Made by a program: the position numbers and the translations under genes. Positions 34,644 to 43,972 of a stretch of DNA of 64,000 bases are shown here, piece after piece. The DNA is from an uncultured Actinomycetes bacterium (lineage in GTDB: Bacteria; Actinomycetota; Acidimicrobiia; IMCC26256; JAOSJL01). Location: positions 1,338,438-1,402,437 of the forward strand of contig CAVPGR010000004.1 in NCBI GenBank assembly GCA_963704035.1. Direction: 5' to 3'. Every line of letters begins with the position of its first letter. Within the stretch, counting starts at the first letter, position 1. The notes under the pieces are model-generated. The model was given only the letters and a program-made list of their open reading frames with translations. It did not search any database and had not been told where the DNA came from.

Positions 34644-35957
34644 GTGTTGCAGCTCGGACGTCTTCGCAACATGTTCCGCGTTCCTGACCTGCGGAAGAAG
34701 ATCCTGTTTGTTTTCCTCATCGTGGCGGTCTACCGCTTCGGGTCGCACGTGCCGGTTCCCTACATCGACTTCGACGCGATCCGGTCGTTTCAAGACGAGG
34801 CGTCGCAGTCAGGCGTGCTCGGCCTGCTGAACCTGTTCTCCGGCGGTGCACTCACGAACGTGTCGGTCTTCGCGCTCGGGATCATGCCGTACATCACGGC
34901 GTCCATCATCATGCAACTGCTCGGTGTGGTCATCCCGAAGCTCGAGGAGTGGCAGAACGAGGGCCAGACAGGGCAGAAGAAGATCACGCAGTGGACCCGT
35001 TACCTGACTGTGGGCCTCGCCATCATGCAGGCGACCGGTCTGGCGTTCGCCTTCAAGAGCGGTACGTCGTCGGGAATCCTGAGTAGCGCCGGGTTGCCCC
35101 AGGGAATCAACCTGTTCCCGAGCTTCAATACGCCGCGGGCCCTGTTCTTCATCCTCACCTTGACCGCCGGCACGGCGTTGATCATGTGGCTGGGCGAGCT
35201 CGTGACCCAGCGCGGGATCGGCAACGGCATGTCGATCATCATCATGGCCTCGGTGATCTCGGCGCTTCCGGCGATGGGGCAGTCGGTGCTCGCCAACAAG
35301 GGCGAGTTCCAGTTCGTCATCGTGCTGCTGATCGGTGTGGCGATGATCGTGGCGATCGTCTTCGTCGAATCGGGCCAGCGCCGAATACCGGTGCAGTTCG
35401 CGAAGCGTGTCGTGGGTCGCCGCATGTACGGCGGCCAGAGCACCTACATCCCCCTGAAGGTCAACCAGTCGGGTGTGATCCCGGTGATCTTCGCCAGCTC
35501 GATCCTGTTCTTCCCTGCGCTGATCGCTCCGGTGCTGCCCTCCGGCGTCCAGACTTGGATCAGCGACAACCTCACGTCGCCGCAGGGCTTCTTCTACATC
35601 ACGACGTTCACGCTGCTCATCATCTTCTTCGCCTACTTCTACACGGCGATCGCCTTCAATCCGCAGCAGCAGGCCGACATCATCCGCAAGCAGGGTGGGT
35701 TCATCCCCGGTATCAGACCTGGGCCGCCCACGGAGCGCTACCTCGCCAAGACGCTGAACCGGATCACGCTTCCCGGGTCGCTGTTCCTGGCCACGATCGC
35801 ACTCGCCCCGCTGTTGTACTTCTCGCTGGCGAATCTGCCGACGGGCGCTGCGTTCGGCGGTACCTCGTTGCTCATCGTGGTGGGCGTGGCCCTCGAGACG
35901 ATGAAGCAGATCGACAGCCAGTTGATGATGCGCAACTACGAGGGATTCCTGAGCTGA
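34644..35957 (+). CDS. secY: Preprotein translocase subunit SecY
   Basis: A 437-aa multi-TM ORF: LRKKILFVFLIVAVYRFGSHVPVPYIDF...LFSGGALTNVSVFALGIMPYITASIIMQLL. Confidence 0.96.
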   Translation: MLQLGRLRNMFRVPDLRKKILFVFLIVAVYRFGSHVPVPYIDFDAIRSFQDEASQSGVLGLLNLFSGGALTNVSVFALGIMPYITASIIMQLLGVVIPKLEEWQNEGQTGQKKITQWTRYLTVGLAIMQATGLAFAFKSGTSSGILSSAGLPQGINLFPSFNTPRALFFILTLTAGTALIMWLGELVTQRGIGNGMSIIIMASVISALPAMGQSVLANKGEFQFVIVLLIGVAMIVAIVFVESGQRRIPVQFAKRVVGRRMYGGQSTYIPLKVNQSGVIPVIFASSILFFPALIAPVLPSGVQTWISDNLTSPQGFFYITTFTLLIIFFAYFYTAIAFNPQQQADIIRKQGGFIPGIRPGPPTERYLAKTLNRITLPGSLFLATIALAPLLYFSLANLPTGAAFGGTSLLIVVGVALETMKQIDSQLMMRNYEGFLS

Positions 35958-35962
35958 TCCCC

Positions 35963-36544
35963 ATGACACGTGGCCCGCGGCTCGTCTTTCTGGGGAAACA
36001 GGGATCAGGCAAGGGGACTCAGGCCGAGATCCTCGCCGCCGAGTACGGCGTGACCCACCTCTCGACGGGCGAGATCTTCCGCACATCCGCCGACGAGGGT
36101 TCCTCGCTCGGCCTCGAGGCCAAGGCCTACATGGACCGCGGGGAGCTGGTTCCCGACGAGACGGTCGTGCAGATCGTCGAGGAACACTTCGCTCGCCACG
36201 ACACGACGGCCAAGGGCTTCATCCTCGACGGCTTTCCCCGCACTCACAACCAGGCCGTGGAGCTTCGCCGCATCCTCGGCGACAACGCGCTCGATGCGGT
36301 CATCGACATCGACGTCCCCGACTCCGTCGTCCTGGAGCGCATGATCGAACGCGGTCGGGAGGACGACACGGCAGCGGCCATGAAGCGGCGCCTGGAGCTC
36401 TACCGTCGTGAGACGCAGCCTCTCGCGGAGTTCTACGGAGATCAGAACCTGCTCGAGCGCGTCGACGGTCTCGGCGAGGTCGGCGACATCACCAAACGGA
36501 TCGCGGTGGTGGTCGACGAACGCTTCGACCCCACGCGGCCGTGA
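35963..36544 (+). CDS. adk: Adenylate kinase
   Basis: MTRGPRLVFLGKQGSGKGTQAEILAAEYGVTHLSTGEIFR...GFILDGFPRTHNQA. Confidence 0.93.
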   Translation: MTRGPRLVFLGKQGSGKGTQAEILAAEYGVTHLSTGEIFRTSADEGSSLGLEAKAYMDRGELVPDETVVQIVEEHFARHDTTAKGFILDGFPRTHNQAVELRRILGDNALDAVIDIDVPDSVVLERMIERGREDDTAAAMKRRLELYRRETQPLAEFYGDQNLLERVDGLGEVGDITKRIAVVVDERFDPTRP

Positions 36545-37290
36545 TCTCCCGCAAGTCGCCTGATCAGATCGCCCTCATGAGGCGAGCCGGACGGGTGGTG
36601 GCCGAGATGCACGAGGAGTGCATCCGCGCCGCGAAACCCGGCGCCACGACCCTCGACGTGGACGCGGCAGCCCGCGAGGTTCTCGACAGACGCAACGCCC
36701 GGTCGAACTTCCTCAACTACCACGGCTTTCCTGCGGTGGTCTGCACGTCACCCAACGAGGTGATCGTGCACGGCATCCCCGACGAGACGGTCCTCGATGA
36801 GGGCGACATCCTCTCGATCGACTGCGGGGCGATCATCGAGGGCTGGCACGCGGACGCCGCCATCACGATGCCGATCGGTGACATCGACGATGTCTCACGG
36901 CGGCTGATCACCGTCACACGGCGTTCCCTGGAAGCGGCCATCGAACAGATCGTCGAAGGCAACCGTCTCGGTGACGTCGGGGCCGCCGTCGAGGAGGTTG
37001 CCGTCGCCGGCGGGTTCTCCGTGGTGCGGGAGTACGTCGGCCACGGCATCGGCACCGCGATGCACGAGGATCCCCAGATTCCCAACTACGGCCCGGCGGG
37101 GCGTGGCATGAAGATCCGCGAGGGGCACGTCTTTGCCGTCGAGCCGATGGTGAACGTCGGATCGGCCGGGAACCGGATCCTCGACGACGGCTGGGCCGTC
37201 GTGACCGATGACGGTTCCCGCTCGGCCCATTTCGAGCACACGATCGCCGTGACCGGCGAGGGCCCCGAGGTCCTGACGGTTCCGTGGTAG
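36541..37290 (+). CDS. map: Type I methionyl aminopeptidase
   Basis: KSPDQIALMRRAGRVVAEMHEE...FLNYHGFPAVVCTSPNEVIVHGIP...DILSIDCGAIIEGWHADAA...VGHGIGTAMHEDPQIPNY...FEHTIAVT. Confidence 0.95.
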   Translation: MISRKSPDQIALMRRAGRVVAEMHEECIRAAKPGATTLDVDAAAREVLDRRNARSNFLNYHGFPAVVCTSPNEVIVHGIPDETVLDEGDILSIDCGAIIEGWHADAAITMPIGDIDDVSRRLITVTRRSLEAAIEQIVEGNRLGDVGAAVEEVAVAGGFSVVREYVGHGIGTAMHEDPQIPNYGPAGRGMKIREGHVFAVEPMVNVGSAGNRILDDGWAVVTDDGSRSAHFEHTIAVTGEGPEVLTVPW

Positions 37291-37301
37291 CTCCGCTACC
37301 C

Positions 37302-37342
37302 AGATGCGTCCGTGGCGCGCGCTATTCGGACCTCTCGGACGC
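37302..37342 (+). repeat. 41-nt hairpin element, copy B (see 23787..23827)
   Basis: It matches copy A at 37 of 41 positions by eye. It lies 12 nt after the map stop. Confidence 0.8.
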
Positions 37343-37476
37343 CTCTTGGCGGGCTTGGGAAATCCCGGGGGGTTCGTGTAGCCTGAAGCGTTCGGCCCCG
37401 AGGTCGGCGCTTCCGACGCGGGGTGTTTCCTCGAGTGAATACATCCGAAATACGAGTACGCGCCGCGCGCGCGGGA

Positions 37477-37713
37477 GTGGTGAGGACACTGGCGAAGCCG
37501 AAAGACGACACGATCCTGGTGGAAGGCACGGTCATCGAGCCGTTGCCCAACGCCATGTTTCGTGTGGAACTGGAGAACGGGCACAAGATCCTCGCCCACA
37601 TCTCCGGGAAGATGCGGATGCACTACATCCGGATTCTCCCCGGCGACAAGGTGCAGGTCGAGCTCACGCCCTACGACCTGAGCCGCGGTCGCATCACCTA
37701 CCGCTACAAATGA
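37477..37713 (+). CDS. infA: Translation initiation factor IF-1 (start codon uncertain: GTG 37477/37480 or CTG 37489)
   Basis: [74 protein letters not shown]. Confidence 0.9.
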   Translation: MVRTLAKPKDDTILVEGTVIEPLPNAMFRVELENGHKILAHISGKMRMHYIRILPGDKVQVELTPYDLSRGRITYRYK

Positions 37714-37735
37714 CCGGACGGGAACGAGAACGACG

Positions 37736-37849
37736 ATGAAGGTCCGACCCAGCGTCAAGAAGATGTGTGAGAAGTGCAAGGTGATCCGTCGGCACGGTGC
37801 TGTGCGCGTCATCTGCGAGAACCCGCGCCACAAGCAGCGGCAGGGTTGA
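37736..37849 (+). CDS. rpmJ: 50S ribosomal protein L36
   Basis: My translation: [37 protein letters not shown] (37 aa, below the ORF-track cutoff). Confidence 0.93.
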   Translation: MKVRPSVKKMCEKCKVIRRHGAVRVICENPRHKQRQG

Positions 37850-37861
37850 GGGGAACGGCAC

Positions 37862-38239
37862 ATGGCTCGAATTGCAGGCGTTGACATCCCCCGCGAGAAG
37901 CGGACGGACATCGCGCTCACCTACATCCACGGCATCGGGCAGAGCACCGGCTCGCTCATCTGCCAGGCCAACGGCATCGACCCGGGCACGCGGGTCCGCG
38001 ACCTCACCGATCCCGAGGTCACCAAGATTCGCTCGTGGGTGGAGCAGAACGTCAAGGTCGAGGGTGACCTGCGCCGTGAGGTCCAACAGGACATCAAGCG
38101 CAAGATGGAGATCGGCTGCTACCAGGGGATCCGCCACCGTCGCGGGCTCCCGGTGCACGGTCAGCGCACACGCACGAACGCCCGGACCCGCAAGGGTCCG
38201 AAGAAGACGGTCGCCGGTCGCAAGAAAGTGGTGAAGTAG
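37862..38239 (+). CDS. rpsM: 30S ribosomal protein S13
   Basis: [48 protein letters not shown]. Confidence 0.96.
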   Translation: MARIAGVDIPREKRTDIALTYIHGIGQSTGSLICQANGIDPGTRVRDLTDPEVTKIRSWVEQNVKVEGDLRREVQQDIKRKMEIGCYQGIRHRRGLPVHGQRTRTNARTRKGPKKTVAGRKKVVK

Positions 38240-38241
38240 CC

Positions 38242-38637
38242 ATGGCGACTTCGGGCGGACAGAGACGACCCAAGCGCAAGGAACGGCGCAACGTCGGCTA
38301 CGCCATCGCGCACATCAAGTCGTCGTTCAACAACACGATCATCACGATCACCGACCAGAACGGTGAGGTCCTGTCGTGGGCCTCGGCGGGCAACGTCGGG
38401 TTCAAGGGATCACGCAAGTCCACACCCTTCGCTGCGCAGATGGCTGCCGAGACGGCCGCTCGCCGGGCGATGGAACACGGCGTGCGTAAGGTCGACATTG
38501 TCGTGAAGGGCCCCGGCTCCGGTCGTGAGACCGCGATCCGGTCCATCCAGAACACGGGCATCGAGGTCGCCGGCATCAAGGACGTCACGCCCATCCCGCA
38601 CAACGGCACCCGCCCCAAGAAGCGACGGAGAGTCTGA
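38242..38637 (+). CDS. rpsK: 30S ribosomal protein S11
   Basis: [48 protein letters not shown]. Confidence 0.96.
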   Translation: MATSGGQRRPKRKERRNVGYAIAHIKSSFNNTIITITDQNGEVLSWASAGNVGFKGSRKSTPFAAQMAAETAARRAMEHGVRKVDIVVKGPGSGRETAIRSIQNTGIEVAGIKDVTPIPHNGTRPKKRRRV

Positions 38638-39254
38638 TGGCTCGCTACACCGGACCCGTGTGCCGGCTCTGCCGGCGCGAGCGCATGAAGCTCTTCTTGA
38701 AGGGCCCCAAGTGCGAGTCGTCCAAGTGCCCGATCGAGCGCCGGCCCTACCCGCCCGGCGACCACGGCAGGGGGCGCATCCGCGAGAGTGAGTACATGCT
38801 CCAGCTTCGGGAGAAGCAGAAGGCCCGCCGTATCTACGGGCTTCTGGAGCGCCAGTTCCGCAACCTCTATGCCACCGCAGCGGCCGACGAGGGGATCACG
38901 GGTGAGAACCTCCTCCGGATGCTCGAGCAGCGCCTCGACAACGTCGTGTTCCGGGCAGGGTTCTCGACCAGTCGCAACCAGGCCCGCCAGTTCGTCCGCC
39001 ACGGGCACGTGTCGGTCAATGGCAAGCGGGTGACCATCCCGTCCTACCAGGTACGCAAGGAAGATGTCATCGAACTGTCCGACAAGGCCAAGGCGATGAT
39101 CGTCGTCCGTCACAACCTCGACACGATCGACCGCGCCGTCCCGGCGTGGCTCGACGTGTCCGGCGCTCAGGCGACCGTTCGGGAGCTCCCCATTCGGGAG
39201 CAGATCGACATTCCGGTGCGGGAGCAACTGATCGTCGAGCTCTACTCCAAGTAA
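38637..39254 (+). CDS. rpsD: 30S ribosomal protein S4
   Basis: [44 protein letters not shown]. Confidence 0.96.
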   Translation: MARYTGPVCRLCRRERMKLFLKGPKCESSKCPIERRPYPPGDHGRGRIRESEYMLQLREKQKARRIYGLLERQFRNLYATAAADEGITGENLLRMLEQRLDNVVFRAGFSTSRNQARQFVRHGHVSVNGKRVTIPSYQVRKEDVIELSDKAKAMIVVRHNLDTIDRAVPAWLDVSGAQATVRELPIREQIDIPVREQLIVELYSK

Positions 39255-39289
39255 GCGAGTCCAAGTAGGCGAGTTCGGGTAGCCGAGTT
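39250..39289 (+). repeat. Three tandem 14-nt imperfect repeats (GTAaGCGAGTcC / GTAgGCGAGTtC / GTAgcCGAGTTC) starting at the rpsD stop codon
   Basis: Read directly from the sequence, with units starting at 39250, 39264 and 39278. Confidence 0.7.
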
Positions 39290-39350
39290 CAACATCAGAA
39301 GATCGGGCGTCGGTACGGCGTCCTTCCCAAGCAACCAGAGGCGAACAGAG

Positions 39351-40292
39351 ATGCTCATCATTCAGCGACCTGACATCGAGGTCGGCGAGGCCCGAGGCTC
39401 CGCTCAGACCTTCACGATCGCTCCGCTCGAGCCCGGCTTCGGCCACACGTTCGGCAACAGCCTCCGGCGGACGCTGCTGTCGGCGATTCCTGGCGCCGCG
39501 GTCACGCAGGTGCGTTTCGACGACGCCCTCCACCCCTTCGACACCATCGACGGTGTCAAAGAGGACGCCACAGACATCATCTTGAACCTCAAGGACATCG
39601 TGCTGCACTGCCACAGCGACGAGTCCGTCACGCTGCGGCTCGACGTGGGCGGACCGGGCGACGTGACCGCCGGGGACATCCAGACCACCTCCGACGTCGA
39701 GATCCTCAATCCCGAACTGGTCATCGCCCAGGTCAACGCCAAGGGCCGCCTGGCCTGCGATCTCACGGTCGAGCAGGGCCGCGGCTACCTCTCGGCCGAC
39801 ATGGCCCGGGCGAACGCCTCGGGCACGATCGGCGAGATCCCCGTCGACGCCATCTTCTCGCCGGTGCGGCGCGTGGCGTTCACGATCGAGCCCACGCGTG
39901 TGGAGCAGGCCACGAACTTCGACAGCCTGAGCCTCGAGGTCGAGACCGACGGTTCGATCACACCGCTCGAGGCACTGGCGTCCGCGGGAGACACGCTGCG
40001 GAATCTCGTGGGCCTGGTGGCGGAGATCTCCGACCAGCCCAAGGGTCTGGAGCTCGGTGAGGTGGCGATTTCCTCACCGACGTCGCCCGACCTCGAGCTC
40101 CCCGTGGAAGATCTCGACCTGTCCGAGCGTCCGCGCAACTGCCTGAAGCGTGCACGTGTCGACACGATCGGTCAGCTGCTCGAGAAGTCGGAGGAAGACC
40201 TCCTGGCGATCACGAACTTCGGTCAGAAGTCGCTCGACGAGGTGCGTGTGAAGCTCGACGAGCGTGGCCTCACGCTGCACACGCGGGACTGA
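39351..40292 (+). CDS. rpoA: DNA-directed RNA polymerase subunit alpha
   Basis: [52 protein letters not shown]...[23 protein letters not shown]. Confidence 0.96.
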   Translation: MLIIQRPDIEVGEARGSAQTFTIAPLEPGFGHTFGNSLRRTLLSAIPGAAVTQVRFDDALHPFDTIDGVKEDATDIILNLKDIVLHCHSDESVTLRLDVGGPGDVTAGDIQTTSDVEILNPELVIAQVNAKGRLACDLTVEQGRGYLSADMARANASGTIGEIPVDAIFSPVRRVAFTIEPTRVEQATNFDSLSLEVETDGSITPLEALASAGDTLRNLVGLVAEISDQPKGLELGEVAISSPTSPDLELPVEDLDLSERPRNCLKRARVDTIGQLLEKSEEDLLAITNFGQKSLDEVRVKLDERGLTLHTRD

Positions 40293-40297
40293 CGGTC

Positions 40298-40648
40298 GTG
40301 CCCACCCCCACGAAGGGACCTCGCCTGGGCGGAAGCCCCGACCACCAGCGGCTCATGCTGGCGAACCTCGCCGCGCACCTGTTCGAGGCCGAGGCGATCG
40401 TCACGACCGTGGCCAAGGCCAAGGCCTTGCGTCCGGTCGTGGAGAAGATGATCACCAAAGCCCGAAAGGGCGGCGTCCACAACCAGCGGGTCGTCGTGTC
40501 GCAGCTGCACGCCCCCGACGTGGCCGCGAAGCTCTTCGCCGAGATCGGCCCCCGCTACGAGGACCGTGACGGCGGGTATGTGCGTATCCTCAAGTTGGGC
40601 CCCCGCCCCGGCGACAACGCGCCAATGGCCCGCGTCGAGCTGGTCTAA
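40298..40648 (+). CDS. rplQ: 50S ribosomal protein L17
   Basis: [55 protein letters not shown]. Confidence 0.95.
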   Translation: MPTPTKGPRLGGSPDHQRLMLANLAAHLFEAEAIVTTVAKAKALRPVVEKMITKARKGGVHNQRVVVSQLHAPDVAAKLFAEIGPRYEDRDGGYVRILKLGPRPGDNAPMARVELV

Positions 40649-40706
40649 CTCCTTCCCGGTTGGGGGGTCTCCTATCAGCCTCTTCGACGCTGAGGGGCGA
40701 CCGAAA

Positions 40707-41441
40707 CTGCGCCTCGTCCTGGCCTACGACGGCACCGACTTCCGCGGGTTCGCCGAGCAGCCCGACGTTCGTACCGTCGGCGGTGTCCTCGTGCGGGCCA
40801 TCGAGAAGGTCCTGCGCCATCCGGTCGATCTCGTGTGCGCCGGGCGCACAGATTCCGGTGTCCACGCTCGCGGGCAGGTCGTGTCGTTCGAGTCCGATCC
40901 CGGTGTCGATCCCTGGAAACTGCGCGACTCCCTGAACAGCATGCTCGGACCGGAGGTCGTCGTCCGCTCCTGCGAACTCGTGGACGGCTCGTTCGACGCA
41001 CGTCGCTCGGCAGCGTGGCGTTCGTACCGCTACACGGTCGTCCAACGCCCCGAGCCCGACCCCTTCCTCGCCCGGTACGCCTGGTGGGTGTCGGAGCCGC
41101 TCGACCTCGCCGCGTTGCATCTCGGCGCCGACCCCTTCGTCGGGAATCACGAATTCGCTTCGTTCTGCCGGAAGAGACCGGAGGGGAACAACACGCGACG
41201 CACGGTGTTCGCTTCGGAATGGACCGACGCCGGTGACGGAATCCTCCACTACGACATCCGCGGGCAGGCCTTCTGCCACCAGATGGTGCGCTCCATCGTC
41301 GGCACCCTCGTCGACATCGGGCGGGGAGAGCTCCGACCTGGCGACGTGATGTCGATCCTGCGCGCCCGTGACCGTTCAGCCTCCGGTCAGGTCGCCCCGT
41401 CGCACGGCCTGTGCCTCACCGAGGTCGGCTACCCGTCCTGA
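40707..41441 (+). CDS. truA: tRNA pseudouridine(38-40) synthase TruA; start codon ambiguous (CTG 40707 proposed; in-frame ATG only at 40566 inside rplQ)
   Basis: (L/M)RLVLAYDGTDFRGFAEQPDVRTVGGVLVRAIEKVL...LVCAGRTDSGVHARGQVVSF...RSYRY...HQMVRSIVGTL. A GAGGGG motif lies 9 nt upstream of the CTG. Confidence 0.85.
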   Translation: MRLVLAYDGTDFRGFAEQPDVRTVGGVLVRAIEKVLRHPVDLVCAGRTDSGVHARGQVVSFESDPGVDPWKLRDSLNSMLGPEVVVRSCELVDGSFDARRSAAWRSYRYTVVQRPEPDPFLARYAWWVSEPLDLAALHLGADPFVGNHEFASFCRKRPEGNNTRRTVFASEWTDAGDGILHYDIRGQAFCHQMVRSIVGTLVDIGRGELRPGDVMSILRARDRSASGQVAPSHGLCLTEVGYPS

Positions 41442-41462
41442 GCTCCTGAGCCGTACGGGTGG

Positions 41463-42005
41463 TCAGCCGCCGGCGCCGTACGAGATCGAGAGGGCTCGAC
41501 GGTCGCTGTCCGGGTTGACGACGTCTTCGCTCGAGACGGTGATTCCACCGCCGGTGATCCCGTTTCCCTCGAAAGTGATCACAGCTGTTTCGGCGCCGTT
41601 GATCGTGGAGGTGCTGTTGCCCGTGACCTCGTAGCCGGAATCGGGAAGCCCGTCGGTGTACATGCTGACGAGGTCGTCGAAGGAGTCACCCGACGAGCCG
41701 GTCACCGAGGTGGCGTTGTCGGTGCCCGAGCCTCCGCTGAACGATGTGGTCACCTCGAAGTCGTCGGGGAGGGGGATGTCGTCGGGGAAGTCGTCGGGGA
41801 CTTCGCCGCCACCGATGTCGATGGAGCCGCCGTCGCCATCGGGGCCCGAGAACTCGACGGAGCCGCCGTCGCCGTCGGCGTTCGGGTCGACCTCCACCTT
41901 CCCTTCGGGGGTGTCGATCGAGACCTTGCCGTCGTCGCTACCGCAGGCCGCGAGAGCCACGATCGCCAGTGCTCCGAGCATCACCAGAACTGTCCGTCGC
42001 ATCAT
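41463..42005 (-). CDS. Acidic lipoprotein, paralog 1 of 3 (unknown function)
   Basis: MMRRTVLVMLGALAIVALAACGSDDG has a lipobox. The conserved core is GGGEVPDDFPDDIPLPDDFEV. Confidence 0.75.
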   Translation of the reverse strand: MMRRTVLVMLGALAIVALAACGSDDGKVSIDTPEGKVEVDPNADGDGGSVEFSGPDGDGGSIDIGGGEVPDDFPDDIPLPDDFEVTTSFSGGSGTDNATSVTGSSGDSFDDLVSMYTDGLPDSGYEVTGNSTSTINGAETAVITFEGNGITGGGITVSSEDVVNPDSDRRALSISYGAGG

Positions 42006-42032
42006 CTCTCCCGTTGTTCGATCGTCGATAGG

Positions 42033-42578
42033 TTAGCTCGTTCCGAGGCTGACCGAAACGAACCGCTTGTCGCTGTCTTCGGACAGGGCTTCGTCGGTGG
42101 AGACCGTGATCAGGCCACCGTTGAAATCGTCGCCCTCGAAGGTCATCGAGAAGTTCTCGGCACCGTTGAGGGTCGTCGTGCCGCTGCTGACGACGTCGTA
42201 GCCGGCGTCGGGCATGCCGTCCTCGTACATGCTCACCAGGTCCTCGAAGGACTCGCCCGTCGTACCCGTGACGGAGGCAGTGGCGGAGCCTGCCCCGTCA
42301 TCTCCGCTGAACGACGAGACGACCTCGAAGTCGTCGGGAAGAGGGATGTCGTCGGGGAAGTCGCTGGGGATTTCGCCGCCGCCGATGTCGATAGAGCCGC
42401 CTTCACCGTCCTCGCCCTGGAACTCGACGGAGCCGCCGTCGCCGCTGTTGGGGTCGACCTCGACCTTGCCCTCGGGAGTGTCGATGGACACCTTGCCGTC
42501 GCCATCGCTACCGCAGGCCGCGAGAGCCACGATCGCCAGCGCTCCGAGCATCGCCAGAACTGCCGTCCGTCGCATCAT
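42033..42578 (-). CDS. Acidic lipoprotein, paralog 2 of 3
   Basis: MMRRTAVLAMLGALAIVALAACGSDGDG. The core is GGGEIPSDFPDDIPLPDDFEV. It shares the leader cgatcgaacaacgggagagATGATGCGACGGAC with paralog 1. Confidence 0.75.
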   Translation of the reverse strand: MMRRTAVLAMLGALAIVALAACGSDGDGKVSIDTPEGKVEVDPNSGDGGSVEFQGEDGEGGSIDIGGGEIPSDFPDDIPLPDDFEVVSSFSGDDGAGSATASVTGTTGESFEDLVSMYEDGMPDAGYDVVSSGTTTLNGAENFSMTFEGDDFNGGLITVSTDEALSEDSDKRFVSVSLGTS

Positions 42579-42664
42579 CTCTCCCGTTGTTCGATCGAAC
42601 ACATCATCGTACGCTCTGCTCCGAACGGGCAGCTTGTCGGCAACGCGTCCGATTTCTCGGAATC

Positions 42665-43201
42665 CTAGGGGCTTGCGGCACCGTAGGCAACGGAGAGTGA
42701 GTTCTTGTCACTGTTCTCACCGCTGAAGTCCTGGGTCGAGATCGCCACTTTGCCGCCGACGATGCCGTTGCCCTCGAAGGTGATAGCGACGGCTTCCGCC
42801 CCGTTCACCTCGGAGGTGCTGTCGGACGTGATCGTGTAGCCCGCGTCGGGGAGAGCCTGTTCGTAGGTCGTGCGCAGATCGTCGACCGATTCCGCTGTCA
42901 CGCCCGACACGTTGGCTCCCAGACCTCCTTCACCGGTCGATCCGGAGAATGCGGCCGTGATCTCGTAGTCGTCGGGGAGTGGGATGTCGTCGGGGAAGTC
43001 GGCCGGCACCTCGCCACCACCGATCGTGACCGAGCCTCCGCCGTCGTCGTCGCTGAACTCGATCGTGTTGTCCCCTTCGCCCGTGATGCCGACGGAGCCC
43101 TTGCCTCCGTCTTCGGGGGTCGTCGACGAGGAGCCGCCGCCGCAGGCCGCGAAAAGGATCAGAGCGAACACCGCGGTCGTAGCGAGCACCATCCGTCGCA
43201 T
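42665..43201 (-). CDS. Acidic lipoprotein, paralog 3 of 3
   Basis: MRRMVLATTAVFALILFAACGGGSS. The core is GGGEVPADFPDDIPLPDDYEI. Confidence 0.75.
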   Translation of the reverse strand: MRRMVLATTAVFALILFAACGGGSSSTTPEDGGKGSVGITGEGDNTIEFSDDDGGGSVTIGGGEVPADFPDDIPLPDDYEITAAFSGSTGEGGLGANVSGVTAESVDDLRTTYEQALPDAGYTITSDSTSEVNGAEAVAITFEGNGIVGGKVAISTQDFSGENSDKNSLSVAYGAASP

Positions 43202-43210
43202 GGCCAGGAT

Positions 43211-43915
43211 CTAGGTGCCCGGTGTTGCGTTCTCGGGTGCGGGAGCCTCGAAGTCCGTCGCTTCGGGTGTGTCGACCTCGAGTGCTTCGAGACGAACGAT
43301 GGTTCCTTCCTCGTTCTCGGCGACCAGGAGAAGCGCGACACCCACGTCGGCGTCGACACATTCGGTGAGGCGGACTTCCCCCGCGGTGGGAGAGACGGTG
43401 ACGGGAGTCGTGGCATAGGCCGCGCACACGGCGGGCCGGTCAGCGATGACTCGACCGTCCTCGGGGGTGTAGCCCGCGAGGTCGGACGGAGAATCGTCGA
43501 AGACGAGCGACGCGAACACGCCGAGGAACCCGCTGAGAAGTCCCTGGCCTGCGTCGCCGACGCCGGGGAGGCGTACGCACACGGGTTCGTCGCCTTCCGT
43601 GCAACTCGCGAGACTGCCATCGCCGTTGTCGATGACGACCCCGTTCTTGGTGCGTACGGCGACGCGCGGGGGACTCTGCGAGAAGATGATCTCCTCGGTC
43701 TCGGTCGGCTCGGCGGTTCCGTCCTCGAAGCGGTACGTGACGCGCACTGCCGAGTCCTGCGAGGTCTCGAGGAGTGCCGCGAACTCGTCGCGGGTCGCCG
43801 CGGGGGGCGGTTCGGGCGCAGGAGGCTCGCCGCTCTGCCCGTCGTCCCCGGTGGTGCACGCGGTCAGGGTGAGGATCCCGGCCACGAACAGGCTCGTCGC
43901 GACTCGCACCTTCAC
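43211..43915 (-). CDS. Lipoprotein of unknown function (unrelated to the trio)
   Basis: GTG at 43915: VKVRVATSLFVAGILTLTACTTGDDGQSGEPPAPEPPP. The remainder of ORF 43211..44437 upstream of this start is antisense to the VIT1 gene. Confidence 0.6.
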   Translation of the reverse strand: MKVRVATSLFVAGILTLTACTTGDDGQSGEPPAPEPPPAATRDEFAALLETSQDSAVRVTYRFEDGTAEPTETEEIIFSQSPPRVAVRTKNGVVIDNGDGSLASCTEGDEPVCVRLPGVGDAGQGLLSGFLGVFASLVFDDSPSDLAGYTPEDGRVIADRPAVCAAYATTPVTVSPTAGEVRLTECVDADVGVALLLVAENEEGTIVRLEALEVDTPEATDFEAPAPENATPGT

Positions 43916-43972
43916 TGCTCGTTCCTTCGTTCCGGTCGGCGCGGCGAGGGTACCCGCTCGTAGTCTGAATGC

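Noticed and set aside
43916-43972. A yybP-ykoY (Mn) riboswitch upstream of the VIT1/CCC1 transporter
   Set aside because: The spacer is only about 60-75 nt, and I could not find the conserved GGGGAGUAG and paired four-way-junction motifs by eye. A covariance-model scan would be needed to be sure.
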